From Mobula hypostoma (Eukaryota): 64,000 nucleotides of DNA. The stretch is taken from the NCBI RefSeq assembly GCF_963921235.1, contig NC_086097.1:93994001-94058000 (forward strand). Reading direction: 5' to 3'. Below the pieces are notes generated by a model. The model searched no databases. It was not told the DNA's origin and worked only from the letters and a program-made list of their open reading frames with translations. The position numbers and the translations under genes are program-made. Position 1 is the first letter of the stretch, and each line of letters starts with the position of its first letter. This document shows positions 37,136-48,011 of this stretch, piece after piece.

Positions 37136-40100
37136 AAGAGGTTATTTAAAAGAGAGGACCCTCTGAGAGATGCAGAGTCCCAAGGTGGGCAGATAGTAGC
37201 GCAGGCTTTGGAAGTCTCACTAACTTACTGATGGGTTTTGGAATGCCAGTAGATTGGTCAGACCAGTTAGATTTCGCTGGGATTGAAATAGGACATTACA
37301 TTGTTTCTGTTCTTAAATCGTTAGGTTTTCTCAGGAGGAAAGAGATGCTTTCGGGCTGTTTGTAATAATTCTAAGACATCAGTATAAAGAAATAGCTGAT
37401 ATTAATGAATTGGAAGATCTGTTATTCTAAGCAAATCACTATTAATGGTGCAGAGTAGGGCTATGAAGTTAGAAGATCAAATATACAGATAGCCTGTCGG
37501 CTCATGAAAGTACAGAATTTAGAGGCAACTTGAGGGGCCAGTTGAGAACCTGCTCCAGTGAAATTTCGGGCCATGTTGAGATGGGTCGATGATCCTACTG
37601 TGGTGCTGGGAGATGGGGATATTTGGCTCAATGATGAAAATGAGGGAGAGTGAGTAGTGTGGACCCCTCAGTTTAATCCTTGAAATGATTGCCCTCTCCC
37701 TTGTGTGCCGGAAACAGGATGGGCCAGGCCAATGATTATGTGTTCCCTCACCCACGATGGGGGGGAGCATTGACCTGCAGATACTTTGTCTTGAGGGGAG
37801 GAGGATGAAGGGGAGGAGGCTAAGGAATGTGTTGGGGTATGGTGTAGTGGACACCTTTGACGCAACAGAGCTCAGAGAATTCTCCACTCAGGATTTAGTG
37901 AGTTTAGGGGATAGGTACAGACAAAAAAGGCTGGGGAATCTTTGGCTGTGTTGTTATTCAGAATATGGGATTGGGGGGGGCGTACTGGAGTGATCTTACC
38001 TAACACATAGATGGGTGTTTTAGGGAGTCTGTTGTCCCAGCATGAAATCAATAACAGCCTGAGAACACTGCTTGCTTCTCTTGAACATACTACATCACTA
38101 TGGATTTGGGTAATGGCAGCAGTTAAACTTGGGTATCCCACTCTTACTGAATGGAATATAAAACCCCGAGTGGAGTGGAGCAGAGTAGAGGAGGGTACTA
38201 AAGTTCTATGCCCACGGGCTCTTATCACAGAGATATACCACGATAGTGGTAGCCCACCAGACAATATTGAATTAACTTCTGAAGTTGTGGGTTAAGGAGG
38301 CAGTTTTCCCAATTAAAGGGGTAGTGCTGTCTTTAATAGCACCGGCTGTTGGTCACCCTATAAGTACAGCGATTCAATTATTACAAGGTTTAGAGTATGT
38401 AGAAGGGGGTGCGTGTAGCCAAGTACAGAAGTTAGATAAGCAGATGGGGAGTGGGGGGGTCCCTGATGTCCCGTAAAGAAATGTTCTTAGCATTGCTTAA
38501 AGCTGGAGTTCCGGAGGAGCAAGTAAATGGGCTTTCGACCCCTACCCTCTATGCAATGTGGAGGAAGTTCTGTACAGAAAAGGGAGACTGTTGTGGGGGA
38601 AAGGTCACTCAAGTCCTCTGCAGATAGGGGTTCCTTTTGTCCTCTGCCAGGTTCTTCGCATTCCATTCAGGGTTCCCTGCAAAGGATATTAGCTAATGTT
38701 CGGCAGCACTGGGGATCGGGGTGGTTAGTACATTTTCCACCTCGTTGTTGTGGGGAGTGGGGGGCGGGGGGTCATTCGACCTTCATCCATCTTTCCTGTA
38801 AATAGAATGTGAGTGATTTGAATGTGGAGAAATGTGAGGTGTGGCCACACGCATCAGTTTGTTTTTGTGTGCATGTGTCTATGGACTCTGAACGTGTTGG
38901 GCCTCACCCAGTTGTTTTTTCCCTTATCAGTTGTTCTCTGATAAGTGCTGTTTCTCTGTGAGAAATTAACTATATTTTATGTTTTTGCAATTCCATAGCA
39001 AGTTTTAAAATAAGACGAATGCACCCTGGGCAATGTGTTCTAATCTGTTATGTGTTTATTGTTGTGTCTTAATCTGTTACTTTGTTTTTAGTCATTGGTT
39101 TTAGGGATGACTCATTTTTCATAGTGGCTATATGAAATTTGAGTTGAAATTTGGGCAACTTTATTCTGGATATGAGATGCCCCTCATTTCAGAGGAAATT
39201 GAGCATTTGGGGAGCAATTCTTGTAGTTCTATTGTTTTTGTGTTTTCTAAATATCCAGCGACTAATCAGGAGTGAGTGCATTTGTATCTCCCTGCATTGC
39301 AGAATGGCAAAGAGGTGGATGCTGGTTTGTGGTGGGAGATCCTAGTCCTGTGGTTGGCATTTGAATTTCCGCACTGAACCAGTGGGTCAGATTGCTGAAT
39401 TTGTATGAAGACTCTTTACTACATCACAGAAGGAATGCCACTGATATTGATACCTTTAGTGACAAAGAAAGACTATTGGGGAAATTATCTGGCCTCTCAG
39501 ATTTTGGAATTCTGTTTTGGGGGAGCTGAGAGGGGGTAGTCTTTTACAGCCAACCTCAACCCACAGTATGGTAACAGCCTTAAGGGACTTAAACCTTAAT
39601 AGCCCTGGTGGAGTAAGTGTTTTACGGGCTGGTATGTCCCTACGCACCACATGTTGAATTGGAAGGTCCTGATTCTTAAAGTGATTTCCCCACCTGACAG
39701 AGTGCTGGTGTAGGTGGTATGTTCATTACAGGTACAAGGGGGAAGGTGGATAGCAAGTGTGAGCAGGAGCCGTATCCTGGGACAGCTGTCTATGCCAAAT
39801 GGTGTTGTGAAGCTGGGCCCATGTTGGAAGATAAATGGCATTCACTAGATATACAGTTCTACCCATTGTTCCCACAGGATGGTCTGGTTGATATGTGATG
39901 CCCTATGAATGCCACCCCAGTGCCCTGAATGAGCACCTTGCCCATGCTGGTCAGTAAGAGGGCTATTACGAAGGAAGGATGTTTTGAATGATAGCCTTTC
40001 TCAGCATGGAACGCCCAGATTGTCCCAGGAACTGATGCCTTGGATTACCTGCTCACAAAGGAATGTGGCACTGGTACTGTTAGTGGATAAGAATGCAGCA

Positions 40101-40303
40101 CCTACATTCCTGATGGGTTGGTGAACATCACTTACCTGGTTGGTCGTATCTCAGAGTCTGTGTATAAAATTAAGTGGGGGAGCAGTTCATTGGCTATTAC
40201 ACTCCAGGGTGAGGCTGGTGCCCTTTTGGGACAAAGGGAAAGCTGGTGGGCTACTAGAGTATACCTATTGGGTTTACAGGACTGGGTATTGTACTTTGTG
40301 TTC

Positions 40304-40471
40304 CATAGAAACATAGAAAATAGGTGCAGGAGTAGGCCATTCGGCCCTTCGAGCCTGCACTGCCATTTATTATGATCATGGCTGATCATCCAACTCAGAA
40401 CCCTGCCCCAGCCTTCCCTCCATACCCCCTGATCCCCGTAGCCACAAGGGCCATATCTAACTCCCTCTTAA
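40304..40471 (-). mobile_element. Short CR1 3' end inserted in the LTR element
   Basis: catagaaacatagaaaataggtgcaggagtaggccattcggccc, typical CR1 tail. Confidence 0.85.
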
Positions 40472-40546
40472 CTTAGTTGGGAGTTCGCAAGATTCATATT
40501 AGTCTGGGGATTGGATCATCACGTTCGCAACTCTCGAGGGGTGGAG

Positions 40547-40936
40547 TGTCCTGTGGGGGGTATGCCTTATTCTGATTGTTGAAAGTCACTTTCTGTTGTG
40601 ATTGGTTAGTTCAGAAGCTGCAGCTACTTTTCCCATTGGATAGGTACCTGGTGTCCAGTTTTTAAAATCCTGTGTATATAAAATTGCACATGGAAGGGGC
40701 ATGCTCTCTTCTTCCTTTGTTTAAGGCATGCCCATTGTGAAGGCATGCTCCACGTGTACTTTTAACTGAGTATGCTTGTCGAATGTATGTATACTTGTTG
40801 AGTATTCAGCTTTGTATTGTCTGTAACTTGGGGAACATGAATGTTTGGTCAAATTTTTACCTTTTATAAATAAATGATTAACATACCTATTCGAAGTCGG
40901 TGTATTTCCTGTCTCACTTGCGTACCTGATTTAACA
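40547..40936 (+). promoter_or_regulatory. Putative 390-bp LTR in sense orientation
   Basis: TGTCC...TAACA; ATTGG boxes near 40600 and 40635; TATATAAAA 40675-40683; AATAAA 40869-40874. Confidence 0.68.
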
Positions 40937-41917
40937 TTATATCAGGTCATGCTGTTTTTTGGTTGTTGCCATCGGGTAGAAGGTACAGGTGCCTCAGGAC
41001 TCGCACCACCAGGTTCAAGAACAGTTACTACCCCTCAACCATCAGGCTCTTGAACGAAAGAGGATAACTACATTTTTCTATTGAGATGATCCCACAATCA
41101 ATGATTTCACTTTAAGGACTTTTTATCTCATTATTTATTAATATTTCTTTATTTGCATTTGCACAGTTTGTTGTCTTCTATGGTCTACTTGTTCTTTCGT
41201 TGATCCTGTATGTAGTTACTATTCTATAGCTTTGCTGAGTATGATGACAGGAAAATGAATCTCATGGTTGTATGTGGTGACAGGTACTCTGATAATGAAT
41301 GTTACTTTGAACAAAGCCATGCTGGCTCTCCCTAATTAGGCAATGTTTTTCCAAATGCTCATAAATCCTATCCCTAAGAACTCTTTCCTGTAATACCCCT
41401 ATCACTGACCTGAGACCTACGAGTTTATAGTTTCCAGGAGTATCCCTGGTTCCCCTCTTGAATAGTGGAACAGCATTACCAGTCCTCCAGGTCTCACCTG
41501 TGGCTAGAGAGGATGATTTATTGGTTAAGGCCCCAACAATCTCTTCTTTTGCCTCTCTCAATAACCTGTGGTATATCACACCAGGCCCTGGGAACTTAAC
41601 CACCTTAATGCTCTAAGAGACCCAACGCTACCTCCTCCTTTACTTTGAAATGCTCTAGCATATCAATATACTTGACACTGATCTCCCTATCCTCCACATT
41701 CTCCTCCTTGATAAATAATGATGTAAGTATTCATTAAGGGCCCCACGCACATCCTCCACATCCAAGCAAACGTTTCTCTTATGTCCATGACCTATGGACT
41801 CACTTTCAAGGACTCTTCATCTCATCTCATTGCTTATTTATTTATTATTTTTTCTCTTTTTTTGTATTTGCAGTTTGTTGTCTGCCCGGACGGGGTGTTT
41901 CATTGGTTCCATTATGA

Positions 41918-42650
41918 CAGGGGTCCCCAACCCTTTTTGCGCCGCGGACTGGTTTAATACTGACAATATTCTTTTAGACCGGTGGGAGGGGGGTGGGGGG
42001 GTGTTAATCATGACCGGAATATAAGTGATAAGTTACTAAGTCACTTATAAGTGGCTAATACACTCAATTTTGTTTCTAAAAGGGTTTATCTAATGAATTT
42101 AATATTAAACACACACCACATATTTTCCCCATATGAACGTATAAAATCATTGCAACACACCAATATCACTGAATCGGTGGGAGCCTTGGGCTTGTTTCCC
42201 TGCAACAAGACTGTCCCATCGGGGGGTGATGGGAGACAGCGGTACTTGAAAGGGGTTCCTTATGTCCAGTCTATTCCACAATTTAGTTTTCGTTGCATTC
42301 ATTGTAGGAAACCCTGCAGAGATATGATGTTGGAAATGGAAGCAACGTTTTCAGTGCTTTCGTGGCTATCTCAGGATATTCAGCCTTGACTTTGATCCAG
42401 AATGCCGGCAGAGGTGTTATGTCAAACATACTTTTCAGCCCACTGTCATTTGCAAGCTTGAGTTGATCTTCTTCCCGCGCTGACATGGATGACGCGTGGG
42501 TAATGACCTCGCGTGCGTTCAAGTTCCAACAGTGGGCGTGACAGGGAATGAGGAAAGGTGCAACTGACTTTCATATCGTTTCCTCGCGGCCCGGTAGCAC
42601 ATGCTTTGTGGCCCGGTACCGGTCCGCGGCCCGGTGGTTGGGGACCACTG
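41918..42650 (-). mobile_element. Non-autonomous hAT (Buster/Charlie-type) with transposase C-terminal remnant
   Basis: TIRs CAGGGGTCCCCAACC / GGTTGGGGACCACTG; TSD CATTATGA / TATTATGA; FWIKVKAEYPEIATKALKTLLPFPTSYLC. Confidence 0.92.
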
Positions 42651-43339
42651 TATTATGATTATTACATTTATTGAGCAGAAAAATTAATCTCATGGTTGTA
42701 AATGGTGACATATATGTATTTTGATAATAAATTTACTTTAAACTTTTATTTTTGAGTGGTCCTACCCTCTCTGATTATGCTATTGCTCTTAATGTATTTA
42801 TAGAATACCTTGCGGTTTTCTTTAATCCTACTTGCCAAGGAATTTTCGTGGCTCTTCCTCTCTTGCCTAATTCCCCTCTTGAGTTTGTTTTTGGCTTCTT
42901 TATAATCCTCAAGGGTTCTGTTTGATTCTAGCTTACTAAGTTTTGCAAACTTTTCCTTTTTCTTCTTGACTAAATTTATCGCATCTCTCGATATCAAGGC
43001 TGTCTTACCTTACCTTGCCATCCTTGTCCTTTCTTCTTGACTGGAAGGTATGTGGACTGTACTGTACTCTGTGCAGTTGGTCTTTAAGCACCCTCCAAAT
43101 GTCAGATGGGATTTGCCAAAAAAACAGCAGTTCCCAATTAACTCTCCTTAATTCTTGCCTAATATCCTCATAATTTGCCCTGCTCCAATTTAATCCTACA
43201 AAGTTCATACTTATCCTAATATATAGCTATCTTAAAATTTAAGGAGTTGTGGTCATTGTCCCCTAACTCACCCACTGAAAGATCATTCATCTGACTAGGC
43301 ATATTACCCAACAACAGGTCCAGTACAGCCCCTCTTGTT

Positions 43340-43640
43340 TGTTTGTTGTGTTGTATGTTTGTTTGTTTATTTATTTATTTATTTATTGGGCTACAGCATG
43401 GAATAGGCCCTTCTGGCCCTTTGAGCCATGCTGTCGCACAGTCCCTCATTTAATCCAAGCCTAATCACAGGACAATTTACGATGGCCAATTAACCTACCA
43501 ACTGGTATGTCTTTGGACTATGGGAGAAAACCAATGCAGTTACGAGGAGAACCTACAAGCTCCTTACAGGCAGTGGCAGGAATCGAACCCAGGTACCCTG
43601 TTCTGTAAAGCGTTGTGCTAACCACTACGCTACCATGCTG
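43340..43640 (-). mobile_element. tRNA-derived SINE (V-SINE/HE1-like)
   Basis: Minus-strand A box TAGCGTAGTGG, B box GGTTCGATTCC, (AAAT)n/(AAAC)n tail. Confidence 0.8.
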
Positions 43641-45289
43641 ATTATCTACAAATTGAATTAAGACGTCCTCCTAGATGCACCTAACGACTTCAGCCCTATC
43701 TAGACCTCTTTCACTAAGAAGGTCACAATTTATATTAGGGAGTTGAAGTCCTCCATGACAATAAAACTCTTGCTTTTACACCTTTCCTTAATCTGCCTGC
43801 ATATCTGTTTCTCAAGGTCCTGGTGGCTACTGTGGGGTCTGTAGTGCAATCCCATCAAAGTGGTTGCACCCTTCCTATTTTAGAGTTCTTTGACTCAGGG
43901 GACAAGCCCTTCTTTATGTCTTCTCTGAGTGTAGCTGTGATATTATCCCTGATTAGTAATGCAATCCTCCCCTTCCCCCTTTTTTTTCCTGTCTTTTCTA
44001 AAACATCAATACTGTGGGACATTAAGCACCCAGTCCTGTCCCTCTGCCAACCAGGTCTCTGTAATAGCCACAACATTATAGTTCCATGTTGTAAAGTTCA
44101 TCACCTTTACACATAATACTCCTAGCAGTAAAGTAGCCATCTCATCATATCTATTACTTTGCTCCTGTCTGTTTTTATTAGTCCTGACATCTACTACCTT
44201 CCTCTTCATCCCTCCACTTTCTGACCCGGTGCTCTGGCTCCTAGTTTATAGGATATTGTTATGCCTCCAGTTTAGGTGCAACCCATCCCCCTTGTACTGG
44301 TTACCCTGCCCCAGAAGAGATTCCAATGATCAACAAATCTGAAGCCCTGTTTCCTGCACCAGTTCATCAGCCACTCATTTATCTGTATTATGATCTTATT
44401 TTGTCCTGACTAACACGTGGCACCAGGAGTAATTCAGAGATTACTACCTCCCCTCCTCAGCCCCTTCCCCCATTCTACCCCTGTCATTGGTGCCAATGTG
44501 CACCACAACCTCTGGCTGCTCACCTTCTCTCTTGAGAATATTCTGCAGCTGCTCTGAGACATCCTTGACTCTATTATCTAGGAGGCAACACACCATCTTG
44601 GCCTCATTGTTGTTCCCACAGAATCTCCTGTCTGTGCCCTAACTATCGAATCTCCTATCACTATCGCTCTGCCTGACTTTACCCTTCCCTGCCGAGCCTC
44701 AGAGCCTGCCACAGTGCCACTGGCCTGGCAGCTGCTGCTGTACCTTGATAGGTCACCTCCCCCAGCAGTATTTGTTGCTGAGGGGAAGGGCCAATCCAGC
44801 TCCTTCGCACAGTCTTTCTTTCAAATTATTGGCTGTGGGCCTCATATTGAAGAGCATACGAAAGTGTTTGTATGCTGAGTTGCATATTTAATGACCATAT
44901 GCTAATTGAGTCCCATTTTGCATGTTATTACAGAACCCATGAAAGAGTGGATTACATTGATTATGATGTACTTCCTAATTAAATGTTGCTTAGATTACTG
45001 GTGAGAATCCCCTGTGCATCTTAATAAGAGTGCTTATATCTACCCACAAGGATTTAACTTTTCATCGAAAGATGAACTAATTTTGATAGTAGGTTTCCTC
45101 TTTAGTGTTCACTCATTGAAATGCAGGTGAATTATATGTCAATGAACACAAATTGAAATTGTGAAATGTGTTTTGTATTTAGCTGAATGTAAAGGGCACA
45201 TATTATTAGAATGTAAAGCATAAAACAGTTCAAGGCCTTGGCCCCAATACTTATGCTGTACATGATGCCCAGTTATACTGGATTAATTT

Positions 45290-45730
45290 AAAATGCGGGA
45301 GTAACTCAGCAGGTCTGGCAGCTTCTACTGAGAGGAATAAACAGTTGGCATTTTTAGCCAAGACCCTTCTTCAGCAACGGAAAGAGGGAAGAAACCAGAA
45401 GAAGGTGGCACGGGGAGGGGAAGGAGTACTGGCTGGCAAGTGATGGGTAAAACCATGTGAGGGGCAAGATGGGTGGGTGGGGTACGTGGAGTGAAGTAAG
45501 AAACTGGGAGGTAATAGGTGGATGAGGTAAAGGGCTGAAGAAGAAGGAAACTCAGAGAAGTGGACAGTGGAAGAAAAGGGAATGAGGAGAGGCACTAGAG
45601 GGAGATAAAGGGCAATTGAGAAGAGAAGTGGTGAAAAGAGAACCAGAATGAGGAATGGAAAAAGAGAAGGGGAAGTGGGGAAGAAATTATTGGAAGTTAG
45701 AGTTCGTGCTATCAGGTGGAGGCTACCAAT
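45290..45730 (-). mobile_element. Penelope-like terminal fragment
   Basis: Reverse homologue of 8880-9230 including CTGAAGAAGGGTCTTGG; weaker copy at about 52460-52910. Confidence 0.65.
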
Positions 45731-46265
45731 TAAACTCTTTTCTCACTGAATATGATCCATATGCTTCATTTCCTGCTCACTGCACGTGATCCATTCATGT
45801 CCTTAGCTAAAAGCCCCATTTGCCACTCTCATAGCTACTTCCACCACCAACCCAACAGCCCATTCCAGGCATCTCGCACCTTAAAGCTGTGCTCTCTAGA
45901 ATTGAGATTTCTACTCTGGCAAAAATATTTGGTGTGTCTTGGAATTGCTTGAACCAAGTTCTTGAATGGATTGAATTTTTTTAACCTTTATGTTTAGCAT
46001 AATATGAAGTAAACTGTATAGTTACAGTTAGTTTTAGAATACTTGATTGCTGCAATGAAGTTAAGTCACCTTCAGTCTTGCAGCATTTTATTATCAATAA
46101 ATCATTCTATTTCTTCCCACCTCTTGCTTAGCTTTCCCGTAAACACATTTACGTTATTCCTGCTTGTTCCCTACAGCCATCATATGTCCTGCATGTCTGG
46201 TTTGTGTTCTTGTTAGAGAATACTTAGTGGGCATCCTGTTTAAGTAATCCCATGGTGTCTTACAG

Positions 46266-46435
46266 TGGAGTATGGAGGAACTGGAGGTGGATACCTAGAT
46301 CACGTCCTCGTTATGGAAGAAATAACCCGAGCTTCTGCTGCTGTTGGCCTCAGTTACGGAGCCCATTCCAACCTGTGCATCAATCAGCTGGTGAGAAACG
46401 GCAATGAAGATCAGAAGAAGAAATATTTACCCAAG
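46266..46435 (+). CDS. IVD: IVD exon 4 equivalent (170 nt)
   Basis: cttacag|TGGAG...CCCAAG|gtaaa; (V)[56 protein letters not shown]. Confidence 0.97.
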
Positions 46436-46504
46436 GTAAAGCAGCGCTTATTAAGTTCTATTTGAATAACCCTCCGACGATGTAAATATTTATGTAATTT
46501 TACA

Positions 46505-47032
46505 GTCATAGTCGTAGAGGAGTACAGCCCAGAAACAGGCCCTTCAGCCCATCTAGACCATGCCAAAACTATTTAAACTGCCTACTTGCATCGACCTGCA
46601 TACCTTCACCATCCATGTACCTATCCAAACTTCTTAAACATTGATATAGAACTCACATGCCCTACTTGTGCTGGCAGCTCATTTCAAACTCTTACAATCC
46701 TCTTGAATGAAGAAGTTTCCCCTCATGTTCCCCTTAAACCTTTCACCTTTTGCCCTTAACTCATGACCTCTATTTGTAGTCCTACCCAACCTCAGTGGAA
46801 AAAGCCTACTTGCATTTACCCTATGTATACCCCTCATAATTTTGTATGCCTCTATCAAATCTCTCCTCAATCTTCCATGTTCTAAGGAATACCTTCCTAA
46901 CCTATTCAATTTTTCCTTATAACTCAGGTCTTCCAGACCTGGCAACATCCTTGTAAATTTTCTTTGTACTCTTTCAACCTTATTTACTTCTTTTCTATAG
47001 GTAGGTGACAAAAACTGCACACAGTACTTCAA
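46505..47032 (-). mobile_element. CR1 3' fragment
   Basis: YCVQFLSPTYRKEVNKVERVQRKFTRMLPGL. Confidence 0.85.
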
Positions 47033-47039
47033 ATTATAA

Positions 47040-47672
47040 AAGTTTTTCTTATTCATAGTATGATAACCAAACTAATGGGTTACAGAAAAGTGGGCTTAAC
47101 CTAACAGTTATTACAGAATTTGGCCGAACGGTGACAAAATGGAAAAGCGTAGAAAGGTGGGAGACCTGAAAACCAAGAATGGCATAACAGCAGTAATGGC
47201 AAATGGCATTGACTCAAACAAACAGAAAGCAAAATCAGTAAGGAGATGAGGGCATAATGTGGGCAAGTAGTGAAATAGTTTCATTTTCCTTCCCAGCCAT
47301 TTCTGTCATTTCCAAGCCTGAATGTTTGAAACTACAGTAAGCAAAACAGTTCTGAATTCTCTTACTGCTTATTTATCGCCAACAATCAGTAACAAAAATC
47401 ACTGATTTTTGAACATAAACACACACAGCTGGCACTGGAAAAACTGTTCTTTCTAAGCACGATGTAGTGTCTTAACAGTCACACAAGCGTACGTGACTGA
47501 CGCTAGTTAAGAACTGTTTGGCAAAAGTCTCCTACCCCAACTAAGTGGTGCAGTATCCCAAATAAATGAAGAGAATCTGGCTCTTTTCTCAATTAGTTTT
47601 CGTGCTTTAAGAGTTGTCCCAAATCAGTGACTGCCTAGTTTATCAGATGGCCTAATGAACCAGAATCCACTG
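47040..47672. mobile_element. Decayed Tigger/pogo-like fragment, one TIR visible
   Basis: Ends ...GAACCAGAATCCACTG|TA; other end not found. Confidence 0.45.
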
Positions 47673-48011
47673 TATTAAAGGAATTGAGGAATATATGGGC
47701 ATGCTGCAGAAACGTGATACTGAGATCAAATCTTCCATTTTTTGTGTTCTCATGATACCACAGTACTATGCAAGGTAAGGCATATAAATTTGTGCCATGC
47801 ATCTGTCTGGACTAATTTTTATTAAACTTCTGTTGCAGTTAGTGAGGTTACAGGAGATGGGTGACAGTGCGTGAGTTAGGGTAATAACAGCTGGAGGGTG
47901 CACTCTAACTATAATAATAGTATGCAGTCAGTTGCACTGGACTAGCAAATTATGCCTAATCAAGTACCATCTGTATTAACAAAATTGCAAAGATGAAATA
48001 GGTGGACACTA

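Larger units (their letters stand above)
37140..40936 (+). mobile_element. 3' part of an unclassified LTR retroelement/ERV with decayed env-like frames and 3' LTR
   Basis: Unlike any LINE in the window; purine-rich tract GAGGGGTGGAG (40536-40546) directly before a TGT...ACA unit; hydrophobic and Cys/Trp-rich broken frames upstream. Confidence 0.6.
33812..44785 (-). mobile_element. Long fragmented CR1 (pieces about 33812-34153, 35300-36158, 41308-41775, 42745-43335, 43640-44785) hosting many insertions
   Basis: Collinear pieces from 3' tail through RT (FSKAFDKVPH) to endonuclease (AITETWL); ...ccacacaa at 36158 rejoins acaaagccatg at about 41310. Confidence 0.75.

Noticed and set aside
43560..43640. 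Possible tRNA gene (also 49574-49650)
   Set aside because: A/B boxes continue into SINE bodies with tails; no full cloverleaf
46265..46465. 66-aa ORF as a standalone gene
   Set aside because: It is IVD exon 4 read through its donor site
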